DNA from: Mytilus californianus
Lineage: Eukaryota
DNA length: 64,000 nucleotides
Direction of reading: 5' to 3'
NCBI RefSeq assembly: GCF_021869535.1
Contig: NW_026262734.1
Span: 42,408,001 to 42,472,000 of the forward strand
The notes under the pieces: model-generated
Told to the model about the DNA's origin: nothing
What the model saw: only the letters and a program-made list of their open reading frames with translations
The model's database searches: none
Shown: positions 62,845 to 64,000 of the stretch, piece by piece
Layout of the letters: each line of letters begins with the position of its first letter
How positions within the stretch are numbered: position 1 is the first letter of the stretch
Program-made: the position numbers and the translations under genes

Positions 62845-64000
62845 ATGGCTAGACATTATAAGAAATATGCTAAAAGAAATAAACATAAACTAAGGCTGAA
62901 AAATAAAGCTGCAATGCAGCAAAGTAAGCTGAAATTTATGCTATCACAAGTTAGAATACAGGTTGTTAATCTTTCGCATAGAAAATTAACTGATGACGAG
63001 TATTTGGTATTATCCAGAGGTTTGAAATTCATTCCTTCACCGTCAGTCAAAAGGGCAAAGCAGGACTTATTACATGATTTCGATGAATTAGCCAGAAAAA
63101 TGAGATGTCGTTACTTATATCATGGTAACTTGGATCATATTCATCCCTTCAGAGTTAAATCTGGACACACGCCACCTTTAACCTGCAACACCCTTGAAAA
63201 GTACCTGTTTAATACAAAGCACGGACTATCTTCAATTCAAATTCGAAAATTTCGAAATAATCTAAGTGTTTCACAGAGGCCAATTAAATACACAACATTA
63301 CACCAAATTGGAAAACTTTGACCTAAAAGCACTTAGATGTAATATCAATACATATGTCAAAGGCATGTACACCAAAGGTGTTATAGATTACTCCACATTT
63401 AATTACCTTAATAATGGTAATTAAATTGATTATGGGCCTGGGTATATGCATATCTTGCCTAAAATACACCGATTAAAAAAATCGGAATTAGTAAAAATCA
63501 ATAAATATGGGTTTAACATTGATAACATAATGCCGCCATGTCAGCCAATCATATCTCAGATTGGTACTGTCACAGTATTTATTGGACGCTATATCGATTA
63601 TTTTTTAGTACCTATGGTACAAAAACAACACACTTATAAAGGATAAGTTTGATCTAATATACAAGTTGGAAAGGATTAAGCCTAATGCAGATCGCTGGTT
63701 GTGTAGCTTTGATGTAGTATCAATGTACACTAATTGCCCGATTAATGAATTATTATCGGCAGTTAGAATTTCGTATGATCAGTTTGATAAATCAGATTAC
63801 AAAATCAAATGCCCACCTACGGATGATTTAATCTATCTCCTCAGATCAATTTCAGAAAACAACATTTTTGATTTTAATGGACAGCTTTTTAAGCAAAAAA
63901 TAGGGGCCGCGATAGGAGCAGTGCCAAGCCCGCAAATCTGTGATATACTCATGTATAAAATTATGAAAGAAATTCTTTCTAAGTTTGAACATAGAAAAAA
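62845..64000 (+). pseudogene. PLE family 2 ORF, copy 2 (N-terminus present, runs off the window)
   Basis: MARHYKK..., VVNLSHRKLTDDEYLVLSRGLKFIPSP, GYMHILPKIH; 63530-64000 closely matches 60590-61040; frameshifts and an internal deletion. Confidence 0.92.

Noticed and set aside
1-64000. rRNA, tRNA and telomeric arrays; remaining short ORFs in the track
   Set aside because: No cloverleaf, rRNA-like or (TTAGGG)n pattern was seen by eye. The other 60-120-aa ORFs are low-complexity or lie within repeats or opposite real ORFs.

Overview
Strongly AT-rich eukaryotic DNA made mostly of nested, decayed mobile elements. The repeat families resemble those of bivalve molluscs (Mytilus-like); this is an inference from recalled motifs, not a database result. 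From left to right: (1) a pseudogenised Polinton/Maverick (adintovirus-like) module with integrase+chromodomain, minor capsid, major capsid, adenain protease, a small two-TM ORF and a packaging ATPase; (2) a 55/56-bp tandem array split by a 5.36-kb nest that contains an Ngaro-type tyrosine-recombinase retrotransposon (RT-RNaseH, YR, SGNH hydrolase, split direct repeats, gag missing); (3) a six-exon spliced DDD transposase, probably Sola3-like; (4) Helentron-type HINE/MgE-like elements, a solo LTR and TTAA/TATA MITE pairs; (5) two Penelope-like element (PLE) families whose ORFs end without a C-terminal GIY-YIG domain; (6) four hammerhead ribozyme motifs, three in retrozyme-like units and one right after a PLE ORF; (7) a spliced HEPN-like pseudogene mostly missed by the ORF track; (8) a candidate short spliced host gene with a GC-box/CCAAT promoter. 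No rRNA, tRNA or CRISPR array was recognised. Most ORFs in the supplied track are spurious or are fragments of these elements. Coordinates were counted by hand and may be off by a few bases.
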